In this document: one piece after another, positions 29,477 through 38,457 of the stretch
Layout of the letters: the number at the start of each line of letters is the position of its first letter
How positions within the stretch are numbered: the first letter of the stretch is position 1
Virus record (IMG/VR): IMGVR_UViG_3300014039_000028
Span: 1-64,000 of that record
Direction: 5' to 3' (one strand)
Source of the DNA: a virus
Taxonomy: Duplodnaviria > Caudoviricetes
DNA length: 64,000 nucleotides
Program-made: the position numbers and the translations under genes
Notes under the pieces: generated by a model
What the model was told of the DNA's origin: nothing
The model's database searches: none
What the model saw: the letters and a program-made list of their open reading frames with translations, nothing else

Positions 29477-30235
29477 TTACTGCGCGTTTTTCGCGGATGA
29501 GATTTTCTTCGAGAAGTAGTTGCGCCCCTTGAAAGTGACAAGGGTCTGCACGGAGGAATAACCGCTTGTCTCCTTTTCAAATTCCTTGACGGTGAACAAA
29601 CCGTTCTGCTCATACTGTGAGTAGGGGCGGAGACGACCTTTCTGGTCACGGTATATGTAGTGGTTTATGCCGAGGAAGTTAATAAGCGTGGACTGTGACA
29701 CACCGAGAACCTTTGCAGTGTCGCGGAAAGAGAGGTTATCGCCGCGTTCAACAGCTCTGTCGAAATACTCAACCTTTGGAGCGTCGAGGGCTATCTTCTC
29801 TTTCGCGGCGGCAAGCTGGGCGTTGCGCTCCTTGACCTGCGTTGCAAGCTGGATGATAAAATCCGGGTCTTGCAGTATACGGTCAGCGGCGTTGCCGGTC
29901 ATATACACGCCGGTGGTACGGACGGATGGTAGCACTTCGGAAGTGACCCACTTACGGAATGGCTTTGCTTCCGGTTTGTCAGAACGAAGGATTACATTGT
30001 ACAGCCCAGACTCGTTGACGATATATGCAAGTTGCTTTCGGCCAAGAGAGTCGATGACCTCGGTCTGACCGACCTCATCCGAATCAAGGCGATTGACAGT
30101 ATCTTTGATGTGCGTAATTCCTAATATATCACACACATCCTTGAGGACAAACCACGTCGTACCATTGATGATGACGGTACGCATCTGCTTCTCGTTATAG
30201 TTGAAAAGCTGTAAAGAGTTTTCGCTATTTATCAT
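29477..30235 (-). CDS. antirepressor: BRO-N plus ANT/KilA-C domain
   Basis: WFV..DVC..LG, NESGLY, FRKWVTSEVLPSVR; C-terminal DAPKVEYFD...QTLVTFKG. Confidence 0.85.
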   Translation of the reverse strand: MINSENSLQLFNYNEKQMRTVIINGTTWFVLKDVCDILGITHIKDTVNRLDSDEVGQTEVIDSLGRKQLAYIVNESGLYNVILRSDKPEAKPFRKWVTSEVLPSVRTTGVYMTGNAADRILQDPDFIIQLATQVKERNAQLAAAKEKIALDAPKVEYFDRAVERGDNLSFRDTAKVLGVSQSTLINFLGINHYIYRDQKGRLRPYSQYEQNGLFTVKEFEKETSGYSSVQTLVTFKGRNYFSKKISSAKNAQ

Positions 30236-30258
30236 TCTAATAAATCTCCTTTTGTCGG

Positions 30259-30371
30259 TTGACATGGAGACTTCTCGTGTGGTAGTATCAGATTTACCAA
30301 CGAGGAAATCTCCGAGGGAGAATAAGCAAGTCGCATTACTTTGACGGGTATCGGCTTGCTTATTCGGTTTT
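30259..30371 (+). ncRNA. putative small RNA antisense to the antirepressor leader
   Basis: TTGACA(30259)..TG-TAGTAT promoter; terminator GAATAAGCAAGTCG...CGGCTTGCTTATTC. Confidence 0.5.
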
Positions 30372-30544
30372 CACCGATTTATTTCCTCGTCTATCTTCTG
30401 ACGAAACCACTCTGTCTTGCCGATGTTCTTTTCGGCAAGTTTGGCTTCAAACTTTTCTGCACGTTCTTTATCTATAAGAAAAGAATACTGCTGCATAGAC
30501 TTGCGACGGGCGCGGAAATAATCAGACCTATCTTTTTCCGCCAC
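30371..30544 (-). CDS. small ribbon-helix-helix-like regulator
   Basis: GGAGGTG RBS; QQYSFLIDKE beta strand plus two helices. Confidence 0.6.
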   Translation of the reverse strand: MAEKDRSDYFRARRKSMQQYSFLIDKERAEKFEAKLAEKNIGKTEWFRQKIDEEINR

Positions 30545-30557
30545 ACTTATCACCTCC

Positions 30558-30601
30558 ATGTGTGACTGGTCACATTATAGCTGTGACCAGTCACAATGTC
30601 A
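30558..30601 (-). promoter_or_regulatory. promoter with twin palindromic operators
   Basis: TTGACA-17-TATAAT overlapped by GTGACTGGTCAC and GTGACCAGTCAC. Confidence 0.7.
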
Positions 30602-30622
30602 ATAGTTATAAACAAATTATTT

Positions 30623-31387
30623 TTACGCGCTTTCCCATTTGCGCGACGCAAGATGCGCCGCATAACGCTGTACGATGCCCTCAAACACGCCGGTGAGCGA
30701 CGGGTCTTTGGCTATGACCGTGAGTTTGGAAACGCTCTGACGCTCCTTGTATGTCGCTCCTGCGGCCTTGAGACGCTTGCGGAGATTGCTCTGCCGCGTC
30801 GTGAGGTTGCACCCCACCTTGCGCTCTAATGCGCTATACAGGTCATCGTACATCACGGGATAGCTCATTCCGTATTCTTCGCACAGCCCGGAAAGGTACT
30901 TCTTCATGTTCTCCTGCCACTCGTCGCGCCCCACGGCGGGGACGGAACAGGCTTCAATGACTTTCTGCTGATTGGCTTCAATCGCGGCAAGTCTGCGCTC
31001 CTGCTCAACGTTTATCTGAGCTTGGAGCTGGAACATTTCTGCGGTGGTCATGGGCTTGGTGATTCTCTCGCGCATTTTCTCGAACGCGCTGACGTACATT
31101 GCGGTAAAGATAACGCCCTTTTCACCGGTCATCTTATTTGCCACCATATCACAGCCTTTTTTCGTCAGCAGATAGCACGGACGCTCTTTATCTTGGGAGT
31201 CTATGTAAGTACTGGGGATGAAAAAGTCAGCCAATCCAATTTTGGATTCGCTTGATTTATCAAGAATATCGCAGTAATTCTTGATGTCGCGCATCAGATG
31301 CGCGTGCTGTTTGCCGACAGCTTCGGCAACTTCTCTGCTGTCTATGACCTCAACACCGCTGCGGTCGATAATGGTCAATTCATTCAC
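30623..31387 (-). CDS. Rha-family phage regulator
   Basis: IDSREVAE..GKQHAHLMRDI; RPCYLLTKKGCDMVANKMTGEKG...YVSAFEKM. Confidence 0.85.
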   Translation of the reverse strand: MNELTIIDRSGVEVIDSREVAEAVGKQHAHLMRDIKNYCDILDKSSESKIGLADFFIPSTYIDSQDKERPCYLLTKKGCDMVANKMTGEKGVIFTAMYVSAFEKMRERITKPMTTAEMFQLQAQINVEQERRLAAIEANQQKVIEACSVPAVGRDEWQENMKKYLSGLCEEYGMSYPVMYDDLYSALERKVGCNLTTRQSNLRKRLKAAGATYKERQSVSKLTVIAKDPSLTGVFEGIVQRYAAHLASRKWESA

Positions 31388-31415
31388 TATTCTATCCTCC
31401 TGCGTAAAATACTGT

Positions 31416-31521
31416 TTGACAGGAGTTCCGCTAAATGATAGAATAATTTCACAAGCGGAGAACTCCGTTAGTGGAATAAGCAGGTCGTTTTCATTGGAAG
31501 TGGGGCGACTTGCTTATTTTT
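31416..31521 (+). ncRNA. putative small RNA antisense to the Rha leader
   Basis: TTGACA-17-TAGAAT; terminator AATAAGCAGGTCG...CGACTTGCTTATTTTT. Confidence 0.5.
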
Positions 31522-31690
31522 CAACAAAAGCCTCTAACATTTTTATGCCATCTCTTATCCCTTCCGTTCGTTTGAGATTGCGTTCTTCACAATATTTGTC
31601 AAGGACTTCGAGCTCGTGATTGTCGAGGCGAACATGAATAGGATTTGATTTTGGATTCTCTGCTGGAGGTCTACCCGTTTTAGGGGACAT
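31514..31690 (-). CDS. CopG/RHH-like regulator
   Basis: MSPKTGRPPAENPKSNPIHVRLD pattern; promoter with GGGCTACAA direct repeats. Confidence 0.7.
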   Translation of the reverse strand: MSPKTGRPPAENPKSNPIHVRLDNHELEVLDKYCEERNLKRTEGIRDGIKMLEAFVEK

Positions 31691-31806
31691 AGTTTTCACC
31701 TGCCTTTTTGTAGCCCCACAAGTATATTACTACTTGTAGCCCAAAATGTCAATAGCTATTATATGATAATTTTTACGCCCCGTGAAAACGGGGCGTTTGA
31801 GCCTAA

Positions 31807-32637
31807 TCAAAGGAATCTTCCTTTAAGTTCTGCATTGTAAGCGTCCATAGCATCGCAGAATTTTACTGTCCACAGTTCTACCGATAGTTCATCAACGTTG
31901 ACATTATAGGTGGCTTCCATCTTCAAATCGTCGTGCATTACTTCTGCCCCGAAAAGATTGCTCGTACTAAAAGTGATAGTCACATTGCAGTAGTAAACCT
32001 CCCTGTCGGCCAGCTCCTTTCTCGACAAAGAATCTGACGTTATCGAATAACGATGGTACGACTGCGGGCTCATAATGTATTTGTCTTTCAGCGTCTCCTC
32101 AACATCGAACATTGACGAAAAAGCAGCATAATACATTAAGCACGTCTGTTTTTGCTCACGTGTCATGAGAGGGCTGTACTCAACAATCTCGGCGTATATG
32201 TCGTCCAAGTCAGAAGAGTCTACCGTACTTTGCGTAGAAATACTCTCTACAACCGCCGCCGCTTTCAGTGTTCCCACTTGTTCAACAGCTTCCAGGAGCA
32301 TGTCAGTATTCGCGATACGATTCCGCACATCATCTGTGGCACTTTCATACTGCGCGTAAACATCCATGATAAGGTCATATTCGTCAGCGGTATAGTCAGT
32401 ACACACAGCGACTATCGACGCATCAAGCGTACTTGCCTCCTTTGCCAGCTTTATTCTCGGCACAAACACGATTGCAAATGCTACGATCAGAAGCGTAACG
32501 GCTCCTCCAATGATGCACCAAGTTTTCACTTTCTTTTTCGGTTTGCTCGCATCTTTGTTCAGTTCGTCCAGCACGTTGTCAGGTTGAAGCTTCGTGTCTA
32601 CCCCCGCTTCGCGATTGTCTGCAGAACATTCTTTCAT
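31807..32637 (-). CDS. single-pass membrane protein (moron; possible superinfection exclusion)
   Basis: KPKKKVK followed by TM WCIIGGAVTLLIVAFAIVFVP; own RBS. Confidence 0.6.
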   Translation of the reverse strand: MKECSADNREAGVDTKLQPDNVLDELNKDASKPKKKVKTWCIIGGAVTLLIVAFAIVFVPRIKLAKEASTLDASIVAVCTDYTADEYDLIMDVYAQYESATDDVRNRIANTDMLLEAVEQVGTLKAAAVVESISTQSTVDSSDLDDIYAEIVEYSPLMTREQKQTCLMYYAAFSSMFDVEETLKDKYIMSPQSYHRYSITSDSLSRKELADREVYYCNVTITFSTSNLFGAEVMHDDLKMEATYNVNVDELSVELWTVKFCDAMDAYNAELKGRFL

Positions 32638-32768
32638 CTCATTTACCTCCCATATTTATTTTCGGTTAGGATGTTTATAGTGTATCATAGCAGTGTGAGC
32701 AATTCAAGGGTGAAAGAAAATAGCAGGGGGGATACGTTTGCGTCGTTCCCTTCCGCTTAGTATGGCAG

Positions 32769-32797
32769 TTGACAGGCGCGGAGATAATAAGTATAAT
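32769..32797 (+). promoter_or_regulatory. consensus promoter of the TA operon
   Basis: TTGACA-17 bp-TATAAT. Confidence 0.8.
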
Positions 32798-32827
32798 AAA
32801 AACGGCAGAACGTAAGGAGGTGGAACC

Positions 32828-33316
32828 ATGGATAAAATTACAAATGTTGCCGACTATATCATTAAACGTTACCGCGAGTTGACGGGTGAGTATCTGGACG
32901 AAATGAAGCTCCATAAGCTTCTGTATTTCACTCAAAGGGAGGCATTTGCAATTTTAGGCGAGCCTGCTTTTGACGGTGAATTTGAAGGGTGGAAATATGG
33001 CCCCGTTTCGCGCGACGTGCGAAATAGCTTTATGAATGGCGAGATCATAGTTCCTACGCAGCCAATTTCCGATAGCGTACAATACATTGCCAGCAATGTA
33101 ATAATGGAGTATGGCTCGTTAGCTTCATGGAAACTAAGCGAGCTATCTCACAGAGAGATTTCATGGAACAATGCCCGAAAAGGACTTGCGCCGAGTGAAA
33201 ACGGGAACCGCGTTATTGACCTTAATGACATTAAGGAAGATGCGAAAAAGGTTCGCCCGTATGACCATCTGTGGGATATGTACTATGATGAATTTGATGA
33301 TGCCGATGCCTTATGA
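32828..33316 (+). CDS. panA: Panacea (DUF4065/SocA-like) antitoxin
   Basis: KLHKLLYF.Q...F...FEGWKYGPV...L.ELSHREISW motifs. Confidence 0.85.
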   Translation: MDKITNVADYIIKRYRELTGEYLDEMKLHKLLYFTQREAFAILGEPAFDGEFEGWKYGPVSRDVRNSFMNGEIIVPTQPISDSVQYIASNVIMEYGSLASWKLSELSHREISWNNARKGLAPSENGNRVIDLNDIKEDAKKVRPYDHLWDMYYDEFDDADAL

Positions 33317-33684
33317 TAGGGAAAATATATAAGGCATGGACATCATTTTACGATCAGACAACGCGCCGAATGTCATACAAGGCACGACCGGCATTAGTTT
33401 TAGCAAAAGCCGATGCCGACGATTATGTCATTTTGCCGGTTTCCTCTATCTCAATCAAAACCAATATTGATCCGATATATGACATAGAGATCGACCCTGT
33501 CCTATATCCGAAACTTAATTTAACAAGAACTTCATACGTCCGGACTCATAAGCAAACCATAGTACATCGTGCAAGTTTACGCGATGTAATCGGAGATATG
33601 AAATCAGACTATGAAGAGTTGTATCTTGAAATACTCGAAAAGCGCGAAGCATTCAGCAGTTCCATAACGCAACAAGCTCTTTAA
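33313..33684 (+). CDS. PemK/MazF-like toxin
   Basis: KARPALVL...VILPVSS...LNLTRTSYVRTHKQ; ATGA-coupled to the antitoxin. Confidence 0.7.
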   Translation: MIGKIYKAWTSFYDQTTRRMSYKARPALVLAKADADDYVILPVSSISIKTNIDPIYDIEIDPVLYPKLNLTRTSYVRTHKQTIVHRASLRDVIGDMKSDYEELYLEILEKREAFSSSITQQAL

Positions 33685-33756
33685 GCAAGAAAATAGCAGG
33701 GCAAATAGCCCAGCCTTTGTTCTATTCCCTTTGTCGCGTTTCCTTTGTTTTAGTTG

Positions 33757-33895
33757 TTGACTTTCGCTGTAGAAAATGATATATTCTCACTAAGGACGGT
33801 TCCCGCTGGTGTCACAGCAAGAAACGGCCAACTCTACAAGTTTATAGCTTGAAATTGCCGCTTCTTGCTGGGGTTAGGGGGCGGCTATTTCTTTA
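33757..33895 (+). ncRNA. type I antitoxin RNA with promoter
   Basis: TTGACT-17-TATATT promoter; ends in GCCGC...GCGGCTATTTCTTT hairpin overlapping the toxin 3' end. Confidence 0.6.
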
Positions 33896-33962
33896 GGTTT
33901 GCACCCAAACCAATAGCCGCGAGTACAAGCATAAATAGTGCTATTGTATCTGTTATACTCAT
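33885..33962 (-). CDS. type I toxin, holin-like hydrophobic peptide MSITDTIALFMLVLAAIGLGANLKK
   Basis: read manually; GGAGG RBS; single TM with KK tail; promoter TTGAAT-17-TATTAT at 34022-34050. Confidence 0.75.
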   Translation of the reverse strand: MSITDTIALFMLVLAAIGLGANLKK

Positions 33963-34087
33963 GGCGATACCTCCGTAGTATGTAACTTGCAGAAGTTCGC
34001 CTCCGTCCTTAGCTTGTAGGGATAATATCATATTATGCAGGATAATTCAACCAGAGAAGCTCCACGGATGACCGTGGAGCTTTTTGA

Positions 34088-34360
34088 TCATCTGGGCATC
34101 GCTGCGTCCTCAGCGCATTTGCGGAGGAATGCGTATAGTCCAGGAGCGACAAGTGTGTTGGTATAGAGTTCCTCATTCGGGGCATCCGCAAGGCTCACCG
34201 AAACATCAAACGTGCCAGCGGGATATGATGAAAAATCTCCGTAGTATTCTGCTGCTCCTCGCAGCGCGGCAGAAACTGATTCAGCCACTATACCAACAAG
34301 GTGCGTTGCAGAACCGTACTGTGAGGAGGTAGGGGCAGTGGTAGTCCTCACAAGGTACAT
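34088..34360 (-). CDS. hypothetical protein
   Basis: ATG at 34360 just after the SSB stop. Confidence 0.45.
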   Translation of the reverse strand: MYLVRTTTAPTSSQYGSATHLVGIVAESVSAALRGAAEYYGDFSSYPAGTFDVSVSLADAPNEELYTNTLVAPGLYAFLRKCAEDAAMPR

Positions 34361-34364
34361 ACGC

Positions 34365-34796
34365 TTAACCGTCTGCGTTTTTAAGTTCTCCACGCTCGAT
34401 AAGCCCTCCTTCGTCGAATCCTTCGTAGTAAAATTCCTCGCTGCCCGCTTCGCCTTTCTTCGGAATCTCAACCGACGGATCGCGGAGCCGGTCAAAGCGC
34501 ACTCTCGTAACAGTCGGGCGCGTCTGGGTAACTTTGCGCCCATCGAAATTGTAAGAAACCGACTTGAGTTGATACTCCACAATGACGGTCTGTCCTTTTT
34601 TGAGATACTGCGTGACGACCTCGCTCATGCGCCCGTAGGCCACGAATGACGGGAAATCATAGGTCGATTTCCCGTGCGGGCGAAAGTCACGCTCACACGC
34701 AAGAGTGAATTGCGCATAGGGCTTACCGTCGACTGTGCCGTACTTCTGTACCGGATTGCCAGTCAAGTAGCCCATTATGCGCCCATCGTTCAGCAT
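34365..34796 (-). CDS. ssb: single-stranded DNA-binding protein
   Basis: G.LT..P, FTLACERD, D...VAYGRMSE....YLKKG..V.VE OB-fold pattern. Confidence 0.8.
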   Translation of the reverse strand: MLNDGRIMGYLTGNPVQKYGTVDGKPYAQFTLACERDFRPHGKSTYDFPSFVAYGRMSEVVTQYLKKGQTVIVEYQLKSVSYNFDGRKVTQTRPTVTRVRFDRLRDPSVEIPKKGEAGSEEFYYEGFDEGGLIERGELKNADG

Positions 34797-35083
34797 ATCT
34801 CCACCACCAGTTTCAGTTTATTTTCGTAGTAGACGGCGCACTCACGGCTTATGCCGTTGCCGAAGAGACTGACGGGTATCATCTTACCCCCGATATTGCC
34901 GAAGCTAAAACCGCGTCCCTGTGCGCTCTCAGTAAAGGCGATAGTCTCTTTGAAATCTATGTCCTTGATATTAGGCACAAGCGAAAGCGACGTTGTGTCG
35001 ATGCGCATGGACTGCGGCGCTATCTTGATGGCCGTACCGTTATTGAAACGGATGTGATGTTCGGATATCTTTTCGATTTTCAT
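34790..35083 (-). CDS. hypothetical protein
   Basis: coupled in operon. Confidence 0.55.
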   Translation of the reverse strand: MKIEKISEHHIRFNNGTAIKIAPQSMRIDTTSLSLVPNIKDIDFKETIAFTESAQGRGFSFGNIGGKMIPVSLFGNGISRECAVYYENKLKLVVEIC

Positions 35084-35388
35084 TACTTGTCTGCTCCCCT
35101 TTCTCTTTTGTCTCTATACGGTTTACACAGCGTGTACTTCCAGCCATGCGGTACTTTTTCGAGTTTGCACCAGCCGTCGTAGAAATACCTCATATCGCCG
35201 AAGTATTTACCGCCGGGTGCGATGTTATTATACCATGTGTCGTAGTCCGGGTAAATGCCGGAATTGATATTTGCGCGGCAGTATTCAAGAACCTTTTCGG
35301 GATCCCGCTCCTGCGTGTAGATTTTCACTATCTTATAGTGATCGCCGCCATACTCACGCTGGCCAGCGAATAGTTTCTTATGGTACAT
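35083..35388 (-). CDS. hypothetical protein
   Basis: coupled in operon. Confidence 0.55.
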   Translation of the reverse strand: MYHKKLFAGQREYGGDHYKIVKIYTQERDPEKVLEYCRANINSGIYPDYDTWYNNIAPGGKYFGDMRYFYDGWCKLEKVPHGWKYTLCKPYRDKRERGADK

Positions 35389-35404
35389 TCTTGTATTCTT
35401 CCTC

Positions 35405-35677
35405 CTATTTGAATTTTACAGTCACGTCGTATTCCTGCTTGAGCGCGTTCTTGACGTCCGCAAAGGAAATGTCTCTGGAATTGAGCTGGGCACAGTAGAA
35501 ATCTACCTCTTTTGCAAGGCGCTCGATCTCGTCATCCGGGAAACCGTGCTTGTCCTTGAGGATAAACAGGATCATGGTAGAAATGAAGTTTGCACCCTCT
35601 GCGCGTCCGGAAGTAAGCGCCCGGTCGACGTCCTGCTGCGTGCGCGGAATACTGCGGGGAGATTTCTTTCTTTTCAT
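35405..35677 (-). CDS. hypothetical protein
   Basis: coupled in operon. Confidence 0.55.
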   Translation of the reverse strand: MKRKKSPRSIPRTQQDVDRALTSGRAEGANFISTMILFILKDKHGFPDDEIERLAKEVDFYCAQLNSRDISFADVKNALKQEYDVTVKFK

Positions 35678-36366
35678 CCGCGCCCTCCGTAGATAACTCC
35701 GCTGACGGAGATATTAATATTGTAGCGTTCCTTGAGCGTCATAAGAGACACTGTATCATCAAGAACTCTCTGCCGCTCTGCAAGCATGTCCGGGGTCATA
35801 TCTCCCTTTTTGAGCATCTTATCGTAGCCGTAGCGGGTGGAGACGCATTTATCGGCGATAGTATTTGCCTTTATGTAGTCCACTCTGACGGGTGCAACGA
35901 AACTATCTCTAAGTTTCTCCATTGCCTTGCGCTGATGCTCCTTATCGAGCATGCGAAAAACCTCAAACGCTTCTAAGCCAGTAGATTTTCGCAAAGACGG
36001 CAGGACTTCATCGAACAGCCATTTCTCAAAGCGCTCAGCAGAAGGCAGTTTGCTGTGCGCAATAAGACGATAAACATTGCCCTCGGTTATGAACGATATC
36101 TCATTTATTTGTTCGGTGGCCGTTCCGTACTGGTTTACTGTAAGGGAGACCCCCTCGCGTTTCACGACCCCCTCTCTTTTACAGTGTCTACGCACAGCAT
36201 CCCAAGGATTGGAATAGCCCAACACACGGCAAACATCTGTACTACTGAGAAGATATCTCCCGTCCTCGTATATTGCCCTGACCTTGCCGAAATCTTCATG
36301 TTCTAAGATTTTCAATGCCATAGGCGACGGTTCATTTTTGACTTTTACTTTCTGTTTTGTCATCAT
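35674..36366 (-). CDS. BRO-N family protein
   Basis: FGKVR, DVCRVLGYSNPWDAVRRHCK, FITEGNVYRLI, FEKWLFDEVLPSLRK. Confidence 0.85.
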   Translation of the reverse strand: MMTKQKVKVKNEPSPMALKILEHEDFGKVRAIYEDGRYLLSSTDVCRVLGYSNPWDAVRRHCKREGVVKREGVSLTVNQYGTATEQINEISFITEGNVYRLIAHSKLPSAERFEKWLFDEVLPSLRKSTGLEAFEVFRMLDKEHQRKAMEKLRDSFVAPVRVDYIKANTIADKCVSTRYGYDKMLKKGDMTPDMLAERQRVLDDTVSLMTLKERYNINISVSGVIYGGRG

Positions 36367-36590
36367 TCCCTCCTATCCTCGGTCGTAAATATTATCTTGC
36401 TGCCATTGGGAAACTCGAAATTGAGCCTGCATCCGAAGAAGTCCGCCGCGCCGATAAGATCGGACACGGAGAAACTGTCCTTCTGGAACTTATTGCTCAA
36501 GGCTTGCGGGGAAATACTCAAGGCTTCGGCAAGCTCTCTATGTGTCGTGCCGGTGAGCGCAAGCAAGGCCTTGACCTTTGTACCGACCAA
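36363..36590 (-). CDS. XRE/Cro-like HTH regulator
   Basis: THRELAEALSISPQALSNK; upstream ACGGATTAAAG direct repeats. Confidence 0.8.
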   Translation of the reverse strand: MVGTKVKALLALTGTTHRELAEALSISPQALSNKFQKDSFSVSDLIGAADFFGCRLNFEFPNGSKIIFTTEDRRE

Positions 36591-36664
36591 ATCTGCATCA
36601 CTCCTCAAATTAAATTAAACAAAATTACGGATTAAAGAAATGGCAAAACGGATTAAAGTGTTTA

Positions 36665-36943
36665 TCATTTTCGCGAGGTCACGAAAATGGTGGTTTCATC
36701 GGCCTTTTTTGCACGGTCTGCGCAGTCAGCCCAGAACGTGGCGGCAGAGCGCGGCGTGGCGAATGCAACAGGCGTTCGGTGCTTCAAACTGCCGCAGGCC
36801 ACGCCGAAGAGAGTCTTTGCGATACCCTTCGCGGGGTACGTCAGGGAGGTTATATGCGCCTCCGCGCCACACCATGGGCATTGGCAGAGAGATACGCCCT
36901 CCGGCGTCGGGATGGTCTCGGAAACGGGTCTACTTATTGACAT
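36665..36943 (-). CDS. Lar-like (restriction alleviation) zinc-binding protein
   Basis: LCQCPWCGAEA...VAC...AATFW. Confidence 0.5.
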   Translation of the reverse strand: MSISRPVSETIPTPEGVSLCQCPWCGAEAHITSLTYPAKGIAKTLFGVACGSLKHRTPVAFATPRSAATFWADCADRAKKADETTIFVTSRK

Positions 36944-37194
36944 TACAGCACCTCCGCCGGTTCTTTGAGCCATTCCAGACGGCACTCGGCACACGTCGGT
37001 CTACGGCAACGCCGACTTTCATCAGCCGGACAAAATGTGAGGTTTTCCGCCAACTCCTCGTCAGTCATATTTCTGATTTTGTCCGCGCGGGTGAATACCA
37101 CGTCCGGGCACTCCCGTTTTCTTGCATCTTTACAAGCTTTCCCGCCGTAGTTCAGCAGGCAGCCAGACACTCGGCATCTATCACAAAGTTTCAT
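36943..37194 (-). CDS. Cys-rich hypothetical protein
   Basis: ADKIRNMTDEELAE...C...WLKEPAE. Confidence 0.55.
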   Translation of the reverse strand: MKLCDRCRVSGCLLNYGGKACKDARKRECPDVVFTRADKIRNMTDEELAENLTFCPADESRRCRRPTCAECRLEWLKEPAEVL

Positions 37195-37389
37195 TCAAAG
37201 TCCCCTCTCCCAAATTTCCCGGTAGATTCGGAACTGTTCTCGAAGTGGTGCGGGAATCAATCTCCGCTCCATTTCCAGCATGAGTAACCGCTCTGCTTGG
37301 CGCTTGGACATACGATTTTTCTCTTTCGGCGGTAGCCTGCCCTCTTTGGCTGCGATCGCAACTGGGTTTGTTTTATGCTGACCCATCAT
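37195..37389 (-). CDS. hypothetical protein
   Basis: GGAGGG RBS. Confidence 0.5.
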   Translation of the reverse strand: MMGQHKTNPVAIAAKEGRLPPKEKNRMSKRQAERLLMLEMERRLIPAPLREQFRIYREIWERGL

Positions 37390-37576
37390 CTGCCCTCCTG
37401 TTCCATGCTCTAATTGCTTTTTCCCCTTCTTCGACTGAAGGTCAATCTCCTTTGTACCAGACACCCAAACCTCTTGCGCCACAAGTCCAACAGCTTCCGC
37501 AAACGGTCTTTTCCACGGCATCGACAGTCAAAGAGCCATCGCCCCCGCAGAACGGACACGGTCTAAGTTCGCTCAT
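37373..37576 (-). pseudogene. Lar-like gene with in-frame TGA
   Basis: MSELRPCPFCGG...KGD*PSVEEGEKAIRAWNRRA; TGA at 37442-37444. Confidence 0.6.
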
Positions 37577-38000
37577 TGGCTTCAGCATCCTTTCTCGGTC
37601 TGAGTTTCCAACCAAGGAAACCGCATTCTTTAGTCATATAAAGTTCGTACTTTTTCAGCGTCTCGTAGACTTTATCAATGCAGCAACAGTCATCTGCAGT
37701 GCACTCGCGATTTTCTCTGTCCCAATGCTCACAATCAGGACAGACAAAGTGAAAGCAGAAATCCTGGCATGCCTCCTGAAAATCGTCAGCCGTCATTCCG
37801 CTATCATCCGGATCAACGTATCCCCAAAGCTCACTGGACAGGAAGTCACACTTTTCATGCGAAAACCAGTCATACACACTTCCCTCGTATACGAGGACAT
37901 CATATTTGTACCTTTCCCCCGGCTCTATGTACTGGTTACAGAAGGAACACACATGGCGCTTTCGGGCTTTTCTCCACTGAGATTTCAATATATCAGGCAT
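37563..38000 (-). CDS. Cys-rich hypothetical protein
   Basis: RKARKRHVCSFC..I..GERY motif. Confidence 0.6.
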   Translation of the reverse strand: MPDILKSQWRKARKRHVCSFCNQYIEPGERYKYDVLVYEGSVYDWFSHEKCDFLSSELWGYVDPDDSGMTADDFQEACQDFCFHFVCPDCEHWDRENRECTADDCCCIDKVYETLKKYELYMTKECGFLGWKLRPRKDAEANERT

Positions 38001-38457
38001 CGGTGTAACCTCCGTCCATTCTCGCGCCGCAGTTGGGGCAGTAATGTCCAAGCGTAAATTCGGAAAACACGGTTCTGCAAGCGGAACACCTTTTGTTTTC
38101 GTACTCTGGTATCGGAATCCATCGTCCATGCGCCACATCCTCGAACTGTTTGAGGTGTTCGCGCAGTTCCGCGCATACCCATGCCGCCTGATAGAGAAGC
38201 GCTAAAACGCCCTCTATGCTGTCGGTTCCATCGACCAGCCACTCTGCCATAGTAAACGAAATATCGCTATCAGACATAGTTTCTGGAAATGCGGCGTATT
38301 TCGTATGTCTACGCACAAGCTTTCGTATCAAATCAAACAGGGTTATGTCCGCACCGTTCTCTCCGTATCCACGCACCCACGTTTCCTTGTCTTTGACGTA
38401 GAACAGATTTAGTGCCGTTTGGGTATTGTTTTTTGGGGTATCAGTTGTAAGCCTCAT
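37993..38457 (-). CDS. hypothetical protein with C-terminal zinc ribbon
   Basis: HGRWI...CSAC...YCPNCGARMD. Confidence 0.6.
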   Translation of the reverse strand: MRLTTDTPKNNTQTALNLFYVKDKETWVRGYGENGADITLFDLIRKLVRRHTKYAAFPETMSDSDISFTMAEWLVDGTDSIEGVLALLYQAAWVCAELREHLKQFEDVAHGRWIPIPEYENKRCSACRTVFSEFTLGHYCPNCGARMDGGYTDA

